A stretch of DNA of 64,000 bases, from NCBI GenBank assembly GCA_022813965.1, contig JALDZS010000031.1, positions 1 through 64,000 of the forward strand. The letters are read 5' to 3'. Position 1 is the stretch's first letter. Every line of letters begins with the position of its first letter. Source of the stretch: Toensbergia leucococca (lineage: Eukaryota). A program made the translations under genes and the position numbers. The notes below the pieces were generated by a model. The model saw nothing but the letters and a program-made list of their open reading frames with translations. It searched no databases and was not told the DNA's origin. Below are positions 13,008-26,776 of the stretch, in pieces.

Positions 13008-14322
13008 TCGCAGACTTGGTCTTCCTCACGATGTCACGGGCTTCTCAGACAAGCGCTAATACCTTTCTCTTCTCATTGTCTACTTTACTCTTCTCTACAC
13101 GTCATTATAAAAATCTCTTTTACACGGCAGCAGCGGCTACGCAACACAGATCTAGCTAGGCTAAGCGATGGGCACTCACGTCCTGGGTGCGTTCGGGACA
13201 CGGGAACACTTGATACACCAACCGCGTGCGCGCGGAGGGAGGCCGGGGGGTTCTGCTTTTGTTTTTGGTTGTAGGTGGTAGGGGATTTTTTTCTTTGGAT
13301 GGTTTTTTTTGGGAAGGGACCTTTGGATGAATGTGGGCCGGGGGAAGGGGGATATATACACTATAGACTACTCAATACTTTTACTACATTGTTACTGTTC
13401 TAGATTCCACGCAATTCCAATATGCGCGCCCCGGTTTTTTCTCCTACGTCTACGATCTTACTTTTGCTGCTTGAGAGACTTGGGGAGGGGGAATGAAAAA
13501 AAGCGGGATTTTTGTTTGAGACTGTTATTTTTACGTGATGGAGAGTCGCCGATGCTGTATTACGAAACCCCAACAATAAAAAATTAAAATGAATTTTGTT
13601 TGTTTGTTTGTTTGTTAACAAAGTCTCCCATGCCGCGACCACCTCCCCAACGGGGGGACTTCTTGCCCTTTCCCAAAAACCAACGCCCGTTTCTGCAATC
13701 TATGAAACATTTCTTTCCCTCTTCCCGGTCTCATTTCTCCCGGGGGAAGAGAAGAAGGGCAACACTGTACCCCTGTTTCATCCTCTTTCAAAAAAAAAAA
13801 GAGGAAAGGGAAAAGGGAGAAGAGGGGAGGGGAGGGGTTGGGTAGCTTTGCTGATTTTTCTTTCGGGCTGTTTGTGTTGTTGTTGGTTTTTTCTGGGGGT
13901 TTTCTTTGGTTTTCGGTTTCAGTTTTAGTTGGGGGCGGGTGGGGATGGGTTATGGAACGGGCATCTTTTTTTTGGGGGGGGGGGTTGAGGGGGTTTTTTT
14001 TTGGTCTGATGAGGGGGAATTCTTGAGGGATGTGGTGAGGGGGATTTTTTCTTTGAGGGATGAGGTGAGGTGAGGGATGTGACGAGGGATGTGACAAGAA
14101 GATAAAAAGACAAAAAGTATTAAACACTACATTCTTTTCCCTGCGTTAGTTTTTCCTTCTTCTTTAATAAAGAATATTCCCCCTCCTTTTTCTCAGGTTC
14201 TCTTTTATCTTTTCTCTTTCTGATATTTGTTTGTAGTACATAGTGTGATGTTACATTTTCACTCAGTCTGATTCTTGATGGTTTGTTGTCTGTGAGGTAG
14301 GTTTCTTTTGTGAGAGGTGAGG

Positions 14323-14325
<3 letters not shown>

Positions 14326-14354
<29 letters not shown>
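14326..14354. repeat. Poly-T tract (~29 nt)
   Basis: Visible homopolymer. Confidence 0.9.
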
Positions 14355-16607
14355 GAAAGGCATGAGTGTGAGGATGAGAAGAAGAAGATAGAAGATGACG
14401 TAAAAGTGAGGATTGAGGTTCAGATTTGAGGGGTGAGAAGTGAGTGTGAGGGAGATTGAGGATAGAGAGAGAGAAGGTTAAGTAAGATGAATCTTTTCTT
14501 CATTGTGTGTGTTTTTTTTTTGAAATAAAGGCAGAATATCTATCTATCAGAAAGAAATTTCTTCAGATAAGAGTGAGGAGACAGGATGAATGAAAACCAA
14601 AAATGCCTGCATGATAGAACAATTCTGAGAAAATAAAAGGTTTGATACACCTTCAATTCCTTTGCCCCCCTGAGACCCCCTTATTTTGACGTTAAGGGGA
14701 AAGCATGATCCCCTAAAACTACACCAAGAAAAGAATCAGGAAAAGTGAGACCTGTTCTTGAAATGAAATTGATTCTCTCCCGTCAACATAACTGAGGGGG
14801 ATAAAAACTTAGAGACGCAGCTTTGAGAAAGGGTGATCTGAGCAAAACAACGGATGGAAATGCGAATTATGTGAGCATGACAGAAGAAACAAAGGCGCCT
14901 TGGTAAGTCAGCCATCGAATCAGCTTACTAGAAACGCCATCTCAATAACCCCCATACAAGTCTCAACCCAGCCCCCCCGGCCCAACTCCTGAAAGCTCAT
15001 TCCCTCACATGTTTTTATTCCGGCAAGGGAGTAAAAATCACAAGCCACACCATTCCTTGGTACAAAATGGAATGCCAAAACTTCAAAGAAGTTTCAAAAG
15101 ACCCCACTCTCAACGCATCCTTCGTTTCTCTCAACCCTAACGGGTCATCCTCCCGGGCCGCTTTTGCAATCTCCTAGGGCCATTTGTTCAGTAAGTCGGG
15201 GAAGCTCTTAACCTTTGTGCGTGGGGCGGGAACACAGGGGGGATGAGGATTCAGGATTCAGGATTCAGGATTGGGGCGGGAAGGTATTGTTGATTTGAGG
15301 CGTTTCAGTGGGGAAACCTGATTGAGGCGCAGCGAGGATGTGAGATGTGGGGGTTTTGCGATAAAGTATGAGTATGGGGGATAGGAAAATGATGGGAACT
15401 ATAGTGACTTCAACATTTTTTCACTCATGTGTACAAATTGAGTAATCTCATATCAACGTGTGGGGGGGTGTGGGGGAGGAGGGGAGGTTGCAGATGTGGG
15501 GTTCGCTTCGGCTCGGGTCCATCGGATCGCCTGGCGTGCATCCCCGGATCCGGTAAATAATGTACGAGTGGGAGTTGGCAGGTGGATCGGGAGGGTAAAT
15601 GAAGATCAGTAAAAAGGTTAGTTTGTGTGACCTTCCCCACGCACATGATGGATGAGTCAAGCCATCGTGTTTCAGATGCGCCAATGCTCGAATGCGCCTG
15701 TGAGAGGGGCGCATGTGCCATGTTGAGGTGCGTGCGTGTCTTGATCTGCGCCACGGAAGCATGTGTGCAACCACAAGCCAATAGCCATGTCATGACGTTC
15801 ACATGCTTATCAGGAGGCACGCCAGCAGAGATAACCCTGCAGGTGCATTCAGCATTAATTGAGCTGTGGAGGGAGTGGAGTGTAGGTAGGTAGAGTATGC
15901 ACATGCACAGATCAAGTTTGTGGGGAAGCCCCATCGGGTACAAATCTTGGCCTCGGCGACTTGCGGGGTGCAGCTGGAGTGCCGAAGATTGGATGGCTAT
16001 TATATATTGACCATTGCCAGTGGAACATGACAGCATAAGTCTTGTCAGCTTGATGCATTTGTTGAAGCTGGTGAGCGGTAGGCGGCAGTCATACTCCTGT
16101 GAGCTGAAGCATTATACGTAATTCGCCCGAAGACTGCGGTGCGGGAGACCACTGCCAAAGATAGTGTGATCCTATTCGATTTTGTTTTGATGCGCTGTTA
16201 TCGTGATGGCGACATCAAACAAATCCAATGTGGTATTTACTTTGGCCTAAGAACCCATTCATGTAACAGACTGTCTCAATCCCTAGCTAGACCAGGCCTT
16301 GATCCGGACCAAGCAATTCTTGACGATAGCTGAAATCTGTCTCTTATCCTATAACCTGAACATATTAGCTAGTCCAGTTCCTGTCAGGGCAGAGGGAGTC
16401 TGGCAATGTGTGTCATAGGCAGCCTCGAGCCACCTCTATCTCCAGTTCAAGCTCCTCCCGATCAGATTCTCGTGGCCAATTGGCTCATGTAATAGGGTTT
16501 GGGTCAATCGTGTTTGCGCCAGAGAGATTCTCAAGACGTTGTAACCATGAATGAGAGATCCTGGGCGTTGTTATCTGGAGGCTAAAGAGCCCACTCCCTT
16601 CTGACTG

Positions 16608-18096
16608 TCACGAGACCGAGTGTCCCGGCTCATGTTCGGTTAGGCTTTCTATGGCCAGTGAATCTTCATCTCCAGCCCAGCCAAATTCTTCGTCAGATCC
16701 GACTTCACCATTTTCCGAGTCGCTATCGGCTATTTCTTCGCGTTTACGCTTTAGCGGTGGACCTGGTTTTAAAGGTGAAACATTTGCTTCAATGGCCTCT
16801 GCGCTCATCTTGATCTCTTGAAGGCCACTCTACTCAGATTAGCCTACCCGTGCATCGATAGAACAGCCAAAGTACGGCATTATTTCATACCTTTTTAATT
16901 ATGAACGGGACTACCTTCCCAAGACCTCCATATGAAACTCCACCAGCTTTCACTACTCCTGCAAATCGTGCCCCCGTCGCAAATTGCTTCTGATCTGAAC
17001 CATCCATGTCTTGAGATAACCAGTCTCGAAACAGTACTACTCGACTGTTGATGCCACCGTCCCAAGCTGTACTTGAAACGGCTGGAAGCAGCACAGCTTT
17101 AGTCTCAGCTCTCACACGAGTTGTAGTTTGGCTCGTGAGTAGTATTGCTAAATTCCTCATTGCCGCAAGCTTGCCAATCCGAGTGATGAAGTCACCGAGG
17201 ACCGACCATTTCCGACTTGCCGCCCATTGCACCGAGTCAATCTTCTTGATGGGCGTTTGCTGCATGTCGAATCTCTCGTTCGTCTTCGGGAATGCTGCTG
17301 CGAACAATGTCGAGATGGAATCGACTACGATGAGGCTTGTTGACTCGGGGGGAAATGAGGGCGAGGGATGGAGTAGAAGAGCTACAAGATGAGGTAAAGT
17401 TGGGCATGTGAAATGATGAAAATTCTTCAGAAAATTGTCTGTTGACCGGGTAGATGATTGAGATGCTGGAATATTTTGATCATCCAATACCTTGTTGCTG
17501 GACAGCATTTCTTCCAATCTCGGTCCAACCAAGTCGGAACATGCGTCTGTAAGTTTCTATCAGAAACTTCCCATCTGCACTAGGAACGTAAGAAGAATCA
17601 CATCAAAAAAGGTACTAACCGACCCATATAACCGTCTCTCCTGAACGCATAACATTCACGCATGTTTGCATCCTACGGGACCGTATATCAGTTATACCCA
17701 ACATATCGTAGAGTAAGAGCGAGAATAGGACGAAGATGCTAGTGTCTATGGCAAATACATGAGAAGCACTACAGGAGACTCGACTTACGCAAGAGCAGTT
17801 TTGCCGACACCGGGAGGTCCATAGATTTCAGTGACTTGACCGCGTGACAGCCCCCCAGGAAAGCCATCTTGACTTGGAGGTACCGCTTCCTTGCCCTGGA
17901 GAATGGCATCAAGGTGCAATAGGCCGGTCGAGAGGGTTCTCTGTCGTGATGAAGTGAGATTTTGCAGGGCTTGGGATGCGGTGAGGGTCGGCAAGCGATC
18001 TTTTCTCAAGGTCAGCCCTAATCACGAACTTTGTACATAGATGAGAGACATACGTGGAGAAGAGGATGAGAAATTGGAGACATCTTGGTTGTCCAT
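16608..18096 (-). CDS. RAD55: Rad51 paralog, RAD55/rhp55-like DNA repair protein (about 5 exons)
   Basis: MDNQDVSNFSSSSP|HRLPTLTASQAL...LSTGL.HLDAIL...GGLSRGQVTEIYGPPGVGKT (Walker A); LIVVDSIS (Walker B); acidic C-terminus. GT-AG introns, first at 18053-18000. Confidence 0.85.
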
Positions 18097-18564
18097 ACAT
18101 GGCTTCTCGGATGAGTTTGTCAGTGGTCATATGGGTATGCTCGGTGAGATCTGACCGAGTACTCGTACTCGTATCCGTACCCGCATGAACAATGGAGAAC
18201 AAAGGCAAGGGCAATAGTCAGATCAGTTTGAGCGAACAGACGTGAACAATGAAGACATTTTCATGCAAATCAGTCTTTATCGACTGTTGTTCGCATTCAA
18301 ACAACTCTCAACACTAAACAACCCTACGCCGATCCCGCATTCGCAAGTCCACAAAGCATCCTCCATCCAATCTCGCATTCCTTCATGCTTCCAACTCAAC
18401 ATCCTTCCTCCGAAAAGGAACACGAAATTCACCTCTCTTGCCATCCAAACATTCGGCAAAGACCAACTCAAAGGTACACCAGAACACACTCAAACATCCC
18501 CAACCATCCTGCTAACCTCTTACTAGTTGAGCGTGGGCAATCACAATTCAAAGGTGAAGCCGCC

Positions 18565-19848
18565 ATGGACTTTTTCCTTGTCTACTGCATCTGCTTCATA
18601 CTGGCCCTTGCCTTGGCATTCTATCATCTTACTAATACTATCACCAAGCATTCTCGGCCTCAAGGATGTAGGAAGCTTGGACTTGGGATACGGAGCAACC
18701 TCGCGGATGAACACCAGCAAAAATACACTCAAGGGGTACCACAATCAAAGGAGAGGGGATCTGAGTCAACATGGACGGTCAAAAGCCTATGGATTTATCC
18801 CGTCAAAAGCTGCAAAGGAGTCGAGCTGACCCAAGGTACAATTGTCAGTACTGGTATGGAATATGATCGTCAATTCTCCTTTGCTCAGCTCAAAGAAGTC
18901 AAGAGCCCCGCGTCAGCATCTCTCGATGTTCCCGAACCAGAGGAACCGATTTACAAATGGGAATTCATCACCCAAAGAACATTTCCGCTATTGGCCACGG
19001 TGAAAACCGAAGTGTGGATACCGGACCCGAGTTCACCCACATATTCTTCAAAAAAACCAGCTGTTCAAAGCTGTGGGATGATTATCATAAGATACCCGCG
19101 TGAGAAATCCAGCCGGTATGGCATGGCAGCTTTGATAGCCCGTGTTCTTGGCAAGAAATGGGAGAAGTCGATCGTAATACCCATGAATCCTCCTTTGGAA
19201 AAGCTCCTGCTGCAAGGATGTACAATGGAGCAAATGACAATATGGAAGGACTCTCCCAAAGCAATTAACTTTGGTCCTATAATTACCGAAGAGTTGAAGG
19301 AGCTTAAAGAATATCTAAAGGTAAAGAATCCTATGACTCTTTTCCGGGTGGCTGAGAAGCACCAGAGAGAGGTCTACCGGTGTGCACCCCGGAAATTGGA
19401 ATTTGGTTATCAACCTGTTGTTGGATTTGCAGACGCATACCCTCTACACATCATGAACCTCGCAAGTGTTCTGGATGTCGGTGGGAAGCTGGACGAAGGG
19501 GCACCCACTCTAAGTGCCTTGCAATTTCGGTCGAATATTATAATTACCGGACCACCGGCGTTTACCGAGGATGATTGGAAGAGAATTAGAATTGGGGATT
19601 CTGTATATCACGTGTCTTGTCGAACAGTACGTTGTTTACTCCCCAACGTAGACCAATCCACAGGCATCAAGCATGATAGGGAACCAAATAAGACGTTGAG
19701 AAGCTTCCGATGCATCGACGAAGGGGCAGGTAAATTTCTCGCTTGCCTGGGTATGCAGATGGTTCCTGCTTTAGAGGAGAGCAAGATCAAAGTTGGCGAT
19801 GCTATCGAGGTCTTGGAAACTGGCGAGCATTACTATCTCAAGCAGTAA
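18565..19848 (+). CDS. MOSC-domain protein (mARC-like) with N-terminal membrane anchor
   Basis: LWIYPVKSCKG, GMEYDRQF, GFADAYPLHIMNLAS, FRSNIIITGPPAFTEDDW, CRTVRCLLPNVD..TG motifs; hydrophobic N-terminus. Confidence 0.92.
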   Translation: MDFFLVYCICFILALALAFYHLTNTITKHSRPQGCRKLGLGIRSNLADEHQQKYTQGVPQSKERGSESTWTVKSLWIYPVKSCKGVELTQGTIVSTGMEYDRQFSFAQLKEVKSPASASLDVPEPEEPIYKWEFITQRTFPLLATVKTEVWIPDPSSPTYSSKKPAVQSCGMIIIRYPREKSSRYGMAALIARVLGKKWEKSIVIPMNPPLEKLLLQGCTMEQMTIWKDSPKAINFGPIITEELKELKEYLKVKNPMTLFRVAEKHQREVYRCAPRKLEFGYQPVVGFADAYPLHIMNLASVLDVGGKLDEGAPTLSALQFRSNIIITGPPAFTEDDWKRIRIGDSVYHVSCRTVRCLLPNVDQSTGIKHDREPNKTLRSFRCIDEGAGKFLACLGMQMVPALEESKIKVGDAIEVLETGEHYYLKQ

Positions 19849-20699
19849 ATATGCAAGATCTCCGTGATCAAGAGATAGTGCAGATCTTGCAGATCTTACT
19901 GCCGGAGTTCCATACTCCAGCCAATGCAGCTTTTGATCGTCTAGGTATCCGTACTAAGAAAATACTTTCCGCTGATAGAGTTCTTCTTGATAGATTTCCT
20001 TTTCACGATCCCCCAGATTTGTTGATTGTAACCTCCAGTCCGTATTTTTTTTGAATGTCAATCTAAGAACATGTGTTGTGATGAAAAATACTTTGAAAAT
20101 TAATTCATTTGTTCTGAGCATTATCGGAGCCGCCCGTGCTTGATTTTTTCCTGTGTCGTTTTTGTCAGCGTGATTTGACATAATCCTTATCCAAATTAGA
20201 ATTTCTTGGAGGGGCTTCGATCCACTAGGCTATCGAGATCGGAATGTGCAGAAGTGCAGAATGCCCTCGTGCCATATGCAAGATAGTCGAGTTTAGGCTT
20301 GCGTGATTGGACCAGCCCCATCTGACGGCGCTCATAGCCGCAAGTCTAAATCGAAGCCATTGCGTCCAGAGCCTTTTTAGTGCAATGGGCCCTCGACGCC
20401 GACAACAGCACATCGGCGTCTTGCGATTAAACAGTTAATTCATCTTGGATATATATTATGACCTATCCTCCAATGCCATCCACTACAATCCACTGCCGAC
20501 TAGCTTCTTTACTACATTTCTACCCTTGGCTGTCTGCAATACTGTTAGTCGGCGGACTTGGCTAGCTGAGTGTCAAAGTCCCCACCACTGATCCCAATCA
20601 TCTTGGTGTGAGGAAGAGAAGAAAAAGAAATCATATTAGATAGCGAGTATCGGTAATAGTTCCTCCAACGAACAATACAATCAAGACGACACTCAAGCT

Positions 20700-22618
20700 A
20701 TGGATGATTCACCTGATAGAATTGGCCCGGATATGGGCCCGAAAAGATCCATCAGAAATAATGCAAGGGGATTTTTCAAAGCCTTTACATCAAAGTAAGG
20801 ATATCATTGATAGAAGAGCTCTTGCAATTGGTTGCTGATTTTGTGACAGGGACGGTTTGATTGGCAATTACGACTATGCCTTTCTATTCAAACCAAATTT
20901 ACCGTTCATGACCAAGGCTAAGAGAGCTGCTCCTTTCTTCGGCCTCAATGACAAAATGCCTGTCGTTCTTGCACTCTTGCTGGGATTCCAGCACGCATTG
21001 TCCATGTTGGCCGGAGTCATCACTCCTCCTATTATTATTGCAGGCCAAGGGGGAGCAAATCTTGGATCGGATGACGCTCAGTATCTAGTTTCGACATCGC
21101 TGATAGTATGCGGCATCCTATCCTCGGTCCAGATTACACGATTTCACATATACAAAACACCATACTATATTGGAACAGGATTGATCTCTGTGGTGGGAAC
21201 ATCATTTGCTATTATACCCGTAGCCACTGGCGCCTTTGCTCAGATGTACGAAACCGGCTTCTGTCCAAGTGCCGCAGACGGCACTAAGTTGCCATGTCCT
21301 CAAGGCTATGGAGCTCTAATTGGTACAGCCTGCTGTTGTGCTTTGCTTGAAATCGGTCTTTCCTTTACCAAACCCTCAATGCTGAGGAAGATCTTCCCTC
21401 CATTGGTCACAGGTCCTACCGTAACGCTCATTGGTATTTCCCTTGTCGAATCAGGCTTCCAAGATTGGGCGGGTGGTAGTGGGAGCTGTCTAGCTCGTCC
21501 AGCCAGTGGACCTTACTCGCTCTGCCCAATGGTCGGTGCTCCTCATGCTCTACCTTGGGGTAGCGCCGAATTCATTGGTCTCGGATTCTCAGTCTTCGTC
21601 ACCGTCATTCTCGCTGAACGTTTCGGAAGCCCTATCATGAAATCTTGTGCTGTTGTCTTGGGTCTACTGGTTGGGTGTATTATCGCAGGTGCTACCGGGT
21701 ATTTCTCCGCCTCCGGCATTGACGCTGCGCCAGCAGTTTCATTTATATGGGTAAAGACTTTCCCGCTCAGCGTTTATGGACCTATAGTATTGCCTCTACT
21801 GGCCGTCTATATTGTTTTGATGATGGAAGCCATTGGTGATATTACAGCCACTTGTGATGTCTCTCGCCTAGAGGTTGAGGGCAGACTTTTCGATTCCCGA
21901 ATTCAAGGTGGAGTATTGGCTGATGGATTTAATGGATTGTTGGCTGGTCTATGTACCATTACGCCCATGTCAACATTCGCTCAGAACAATGGTGAGAAAA
22001 AATCTTCAAGACGATATACCTGACAATGCTGATACGATTTGTGCAGGTGTTATTGCATTGACGCGGTGTGCAAACAGAAAGGCAGGCTATGCTGCTTGCT
22101 TCTTCCTGATAATCATGGGAGTTTTCTCGAAATTCGCTGCCGCGCTGGTAGCAATCCCGAGTCCAGTGCTTGGTGGCATGACAACCTTCCTCTTCAGCGC
22201 AGTGGCTGTCTCTGGTATTCGCATCATTTCAACCATCCCATTTACACGACGTAATCGATTCATTCTGACAGCAGCAATGTCTCTGGGTTTCGGCGCAACA
22301 CTGGTACCTACTTGGTTCTCGTACGTGTTCACTTACACTGGGAACAACCATGCGAAGCAAGGCTTTTTCAATGCCATTACTCTGGTGATGGAGACAGGCT
22401 TCGCAGTCACAGCATTTTTGGCAATTTTTTTGAATTTAATTTTGGCGGAAGAAATTGAGGATGAGGCAGCGTTGATCACAGCCAATGAAGCGGACGCACC
22501 AGCCGACGCTGAGGAATGGAGTCGGATCAAACATGGAAAGATGGGCAGTGATGGGAATAACGTTGAAATGATGGGTGAAAAGAGTGAGGATGGAGAAAGC
22601 CCAGCGACCAAGGTATAA
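20700..22618 (+). CDS. uapC: Xanthine/uric acid permease (NCS2/NAT family, UapA/UapC-like)
   Basis: LLGFQHALSMLAG in TMS1; NAT signature TFAQNNGVIALTRCANRKAG. Introns 20795-20849 and 21992-22046. Confidence 0.93.
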
Positions 22619-23685
22619 GACCTGGACCAAAGTTGAAGCACATTTAATTGTATATTGTACTCGAGGCGCATTTTAGTAAGGGCTGATTTGATGATCACGT
22701 GCTTGTATGTTGAATGCCAAGACCTGTCAAATGTGTCAAATGTGTCTTCATCATGTTGGGAACAAGTGACATGATCAGAGGGTAACGTTAGATCTTAGGT
22801 GGCATGTACCGACTGTGGGACTGTTCTACATGTTCCTACAAAGGCACGTTATCGGGGCTAGAGATTATATACCTCCCAATCTCTGGATGACTAGACGATA
22901 CGAGTAGTACGCGCCGAGAATCGAACAAGCAAGAATCAAAAGTGTTGAGCCCCTTCGACCGGCGGATATAACAGGAACTAGAAGCGGCATCGCGGCGAGA
23001 TTCGCTTCACAGGCCGATCATCATCATGTGCCGAGGCTGGCGCCCCTCGATGTCCAAAGCGTTGGGCCCACCAGAAATCCAAACCCCAATTAGGCTAGAC
23101 TTCTCGCTTCCAGGCTCTGGTAGGGCTGGGATGATCAACTGGCTGGCTCGGATGGTTCCTTATGAGGTTACAAATGCTAATCCTCCGGTGCTGCGCGACA
23201 CTTCCTTCTTCCTGCTCGTGATATTGCTTCTGTGATCACGTCTTCCCGGCTCAGGAATGGCCATAAAGACGGTGTAGAAAATGTTGGTTTGTGCCTGCAT
23301 GATCACACTGTAGGCGATGTGATGCACCCCGTAATTTCGCCCGTTGCACATTCCGTCACCGCCTGGCAGAAAAGTTTTGTTGGGAAAACGCTTCACGCGA
23401 TGAATAACAGCAGCAAAATCTTCCGGTTTGCCAGCTACACGCGGCATCGCTCCGACCTGCTTTTTCATAGCACGGGGAAAATCTTCAAGCTGTGGCCACT
23501 CACAGTGCTTGAAAGGCTATCCTGTCTATCCCGACGATTAACTCCTGTTTGCCGCCAACACCCTAGAATCTCGAACCATTCTCCATATTACTCCACGCTT
23601 CTTCCTCTTCCTCTTCTTCCTCCACGCATCACATACATTCTTCATCCACTAATATCATCACACCCCACCTTTCATTTCACTCATC

Positions 23686-25187
23686 ATGCCGTCGAGTCAA
23701 CCAGCAGCTGGCTTTATGGCAGTTGACCCCAAGTTTAGTTCCTCACAAAAGCCATCCATGGCGAAAACATCAGAGCCAAACCGAAGTAAATCTTACAATC
23801 CCAAGAAGCCTCACATCACCGAATCTCCCATCACGAAGTCCAACTGGTACAAGCATGTCAATTGGCTAAACGTATACCTGATCGTTGGTATCCCATTTTA
23901 TGGAATGATCCAGGCCTTCTGGACACCTCTACGTTGGCAAACACTGGCCTTCTCAGTCGCATACTACTTCATGACGGGCTTGGGAATTACAGCTGGTGAG
24001 CTTGGAATATCTTCGCCGTCTTCGTCGACATTTTTACTGACCTTTCTCAAGGCTATCATCGACTTTGGGCACATACATCCTACTCCGCCACACTCCCTCT
24101 CCGAATATTTCTTGCTGCTGTCGGTGGAGGAGCTGTTGAAGGATCCGTAAGATGGTGGGCTAGAGATCATCGTGCCCATCATCGATTTACCGATACCGAT
24201 AAGGATCCATACTCTGTCCGCAAAGGCCTTCTCTATTCTCACTTTGGCTGGATGTTGATGAAACAAAACCCAAAACGGATTGGTCGCACCGACATCTCGG
24301 ACCTTAATGAAGACCCAGTCGTTGTCTGGCAACATCGTCATTATCTTAAAGTTGTTGCCTTTATGGGACTCGTCCTTCCCATGCTCGTCTGCGGTCTTGG
24401 ATGGGGAGACTGGTTTGGTGGGTTCGTTTACGCTGGAGTCCTACGTATCTTCTTCATTCAACAAGCTACTTTCTGTGTCAATTCGCTGGCTCATTGGCTT
24501 GGTGATCAACCATTCGACGACCGCAACTCTCCCCGCGACCATATCATTACTGCTCTCGTCACTCTCGGTGAAGGATACCACAACTTCCATCATGAATTTC
24601 CCTCCGATTACCGAAATGCCATCGAATGGCATCAATATGACCCCACCAAATGGTCAATCTGGACGTGGAAGCAACTGGGCTTAGCCTATGATCTCAAGCA
24701 GTTCAAGAATAACGAGATTGAAAAGGGCCGTGTCCAACAATTACAAAAGAAAGTCGATCAAGCACGCTCCAAACTAGACTGGGGTGTTCCTCTCGACACA
24801 CTACCAGTGATGGAGTATGAAGACTATCAAGATCAAGTCAAGAATGGCCGTGGCCTTGTTACCATCGCAGGTGTCGTTCACGACGTTACCGACTTCATCA
24901 AGGACCATCCGGGAGGAAAAGCCATGATCAAATCGGGACTCGGCAAGGACGCCACTGCCATGTTCAACGGCGGAGTCTATATGCACTCCAACGCTGCACA
25001 TAACCTTCTCTCAATGATGAGAGTTGGTGTGATTCGTGGTGGATGCGAAGTCGAGATCTGGAAGAGGGCGCAGAGGGAGAACAAGGATGTCGCTTACGCC
25101 AAGGATGATGAGGGAATGAAGATCATCCGAGCCGGCAACCAAGTCACCAAGATCTCAGAACCTGTCGCGACTGCGGATGCTGCATAG
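23686..25187 (+). CDS. ole1: Acyl-CoA delta-9 desaturase with C-terminal cytochrome b5 domain
   Basis: His boxes HRLWAH, HRAHH and YHNFHH; b5 motif HPGG. Intron 23996-24051. Confidence 0.97.
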
Positions 25188-26776
25188 ATGATACGAAAGA
25201 TATCAATAATTACGACGTGACGGCTACTACATACTCTCCGACAGCATCTCGCTATTAATGCTCCTCTAGAACTTGCGTGGAAACGAGAATTAGCCACGAT
25301 TCGCTAGGGGAACGGCACTCATTAGATCAGTTATCTTTTTTGATACACCGATAAACCGTGCTTTTGAGCGATGCTTTTACCACAATGGCAGCCTTCTTTT
25401 ATTGTTTCGAGCGACAGAAGGCGCTGTGGTTGGGGCAAGCATATGGCTACGGAGTAGTTTAATTTTGTTTTAATAGATTCAAATGGATCAATTGTGTCCT
25501 TTTGATCGTGGAATCATCTACGAATGATTTTCTCTGCCCATTTCACTCGAGGTTGACGAACTCTTTACTTACCTACCTACTCTTTATACTAATGAGCGCT
25601 CGGAACTCAAGCTAAATCAACTCAAACAATCTCAAGCCCAACAAAAAGCCATCCAAAAAAAACCACCCCTCCCAATACCCCAACCCACCTCTCGATTCAA
25701 ATTCCGGATTCCACACCTTTCCCACCTTTGCACAAAACAAAAAACACGCCTGCCTACCTATACACACCCTTCGCACCTTATAGAAAGCGTTCCTCCCTCC
25801 CTCCCGGCAACAGGTAGACACCCTCCCCTCACCAATTAACCCCTTTTCCCGATCCCGATTTCCCAAATTATCCACCCCAGAAACCTTCTGGGGTAGGTAG
25901 GTAGTATGCTATCCCCACGTTTGCCAAAAACTGGAGCTAGGTACTCCGTAGCCAACCGCACTCTTCTTTCTTTTTGATAATAGGAAAAGGGAAGGGTTGG
26001 GTGGGGATTGTGGGGATGGTGGGGATGGTGCTCGTAGGGAGGGGGGGGAGGGTTGGTATTTGGGATGTGGAGTGGGTTTTTTTGGGGGGTTGGTTGTTGG
26101 GTTGGTTGTTAGATGTGTTGGATGGGTGGATGGATGGATAGAATTATGGATGGATTGGATGGATGGAGAGAGAATGAGATTGCATCCCGTGGCGGGGTGG
26201 GTGGGGATGGTAGCGATGGTAGGGAGGGGCGGGCGATCAGCGTGTATAGAACCAGAACCAGAACCAGGAAAAAACCAGAAATTCCATGATGAGGGCAAGG
26301 AGAGATTGGGGAAAGAAGAGTTTTTTCTCTTGGATTTGGATTGAGTCGTCGTGTGTGTATGTGTGTGTGTGTGTCATGAAAAGGGGGGGGGAGGGGAGTT
26401 GTTCTACATACCAACCCTCCTATATCAAACAGGTACTGAGCACGCACACACGCACGCACGCACGCACGAGATTTGAGGATAATCATCAAATGGGGCGTTG
26501 CGTAATAACACTCCGTCGAGACTCCTTCCAAGACAAACCAAAAAAAAAAGTTCAAAAGGGGGAAATATATGTCGAGGTGAGGGTTGAGATGGGCAAAGCA
26601 TGGCAAGAGGCGAGCCTCACATCAGGGATAGAGAGTTAAAAGGGTCGTTTCGTCAACCTCGAACAAAGAAGACGGGGAAAGCATAGCAAGAGAGTGAAGA
26701 TGAGGGGGAAGATTTCAGGTAAGCGGGGTAGTGAGCAGTCTTGAGATGGAAGAAGAGGTAGACATTGTAGCTTCAT

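Noticed and set aside
12080..14127. Overlapping and antisense ORFs on creA and its G-rich 3' flank (and similar shadows over other genes)
   Set aside because: Shadow frames of real genes or of low-complexity tracts.
15133..16040. AACCCTAAC as a possible telomerase RNA template, with ATAAGT at ~16035 as a 3' cleavage site
   Set aside because: A 9-mer can occur by chance. I could not identify a pseudoknot, CR4/5, Sm site or branch point; a covariance-model search would be needed.
23031..23036. CCGAGG (FarA-type site) upstream of ole1
   Set aside because: A single 6-mer; biologically plausible but not distinguishable from chance without conservation data.
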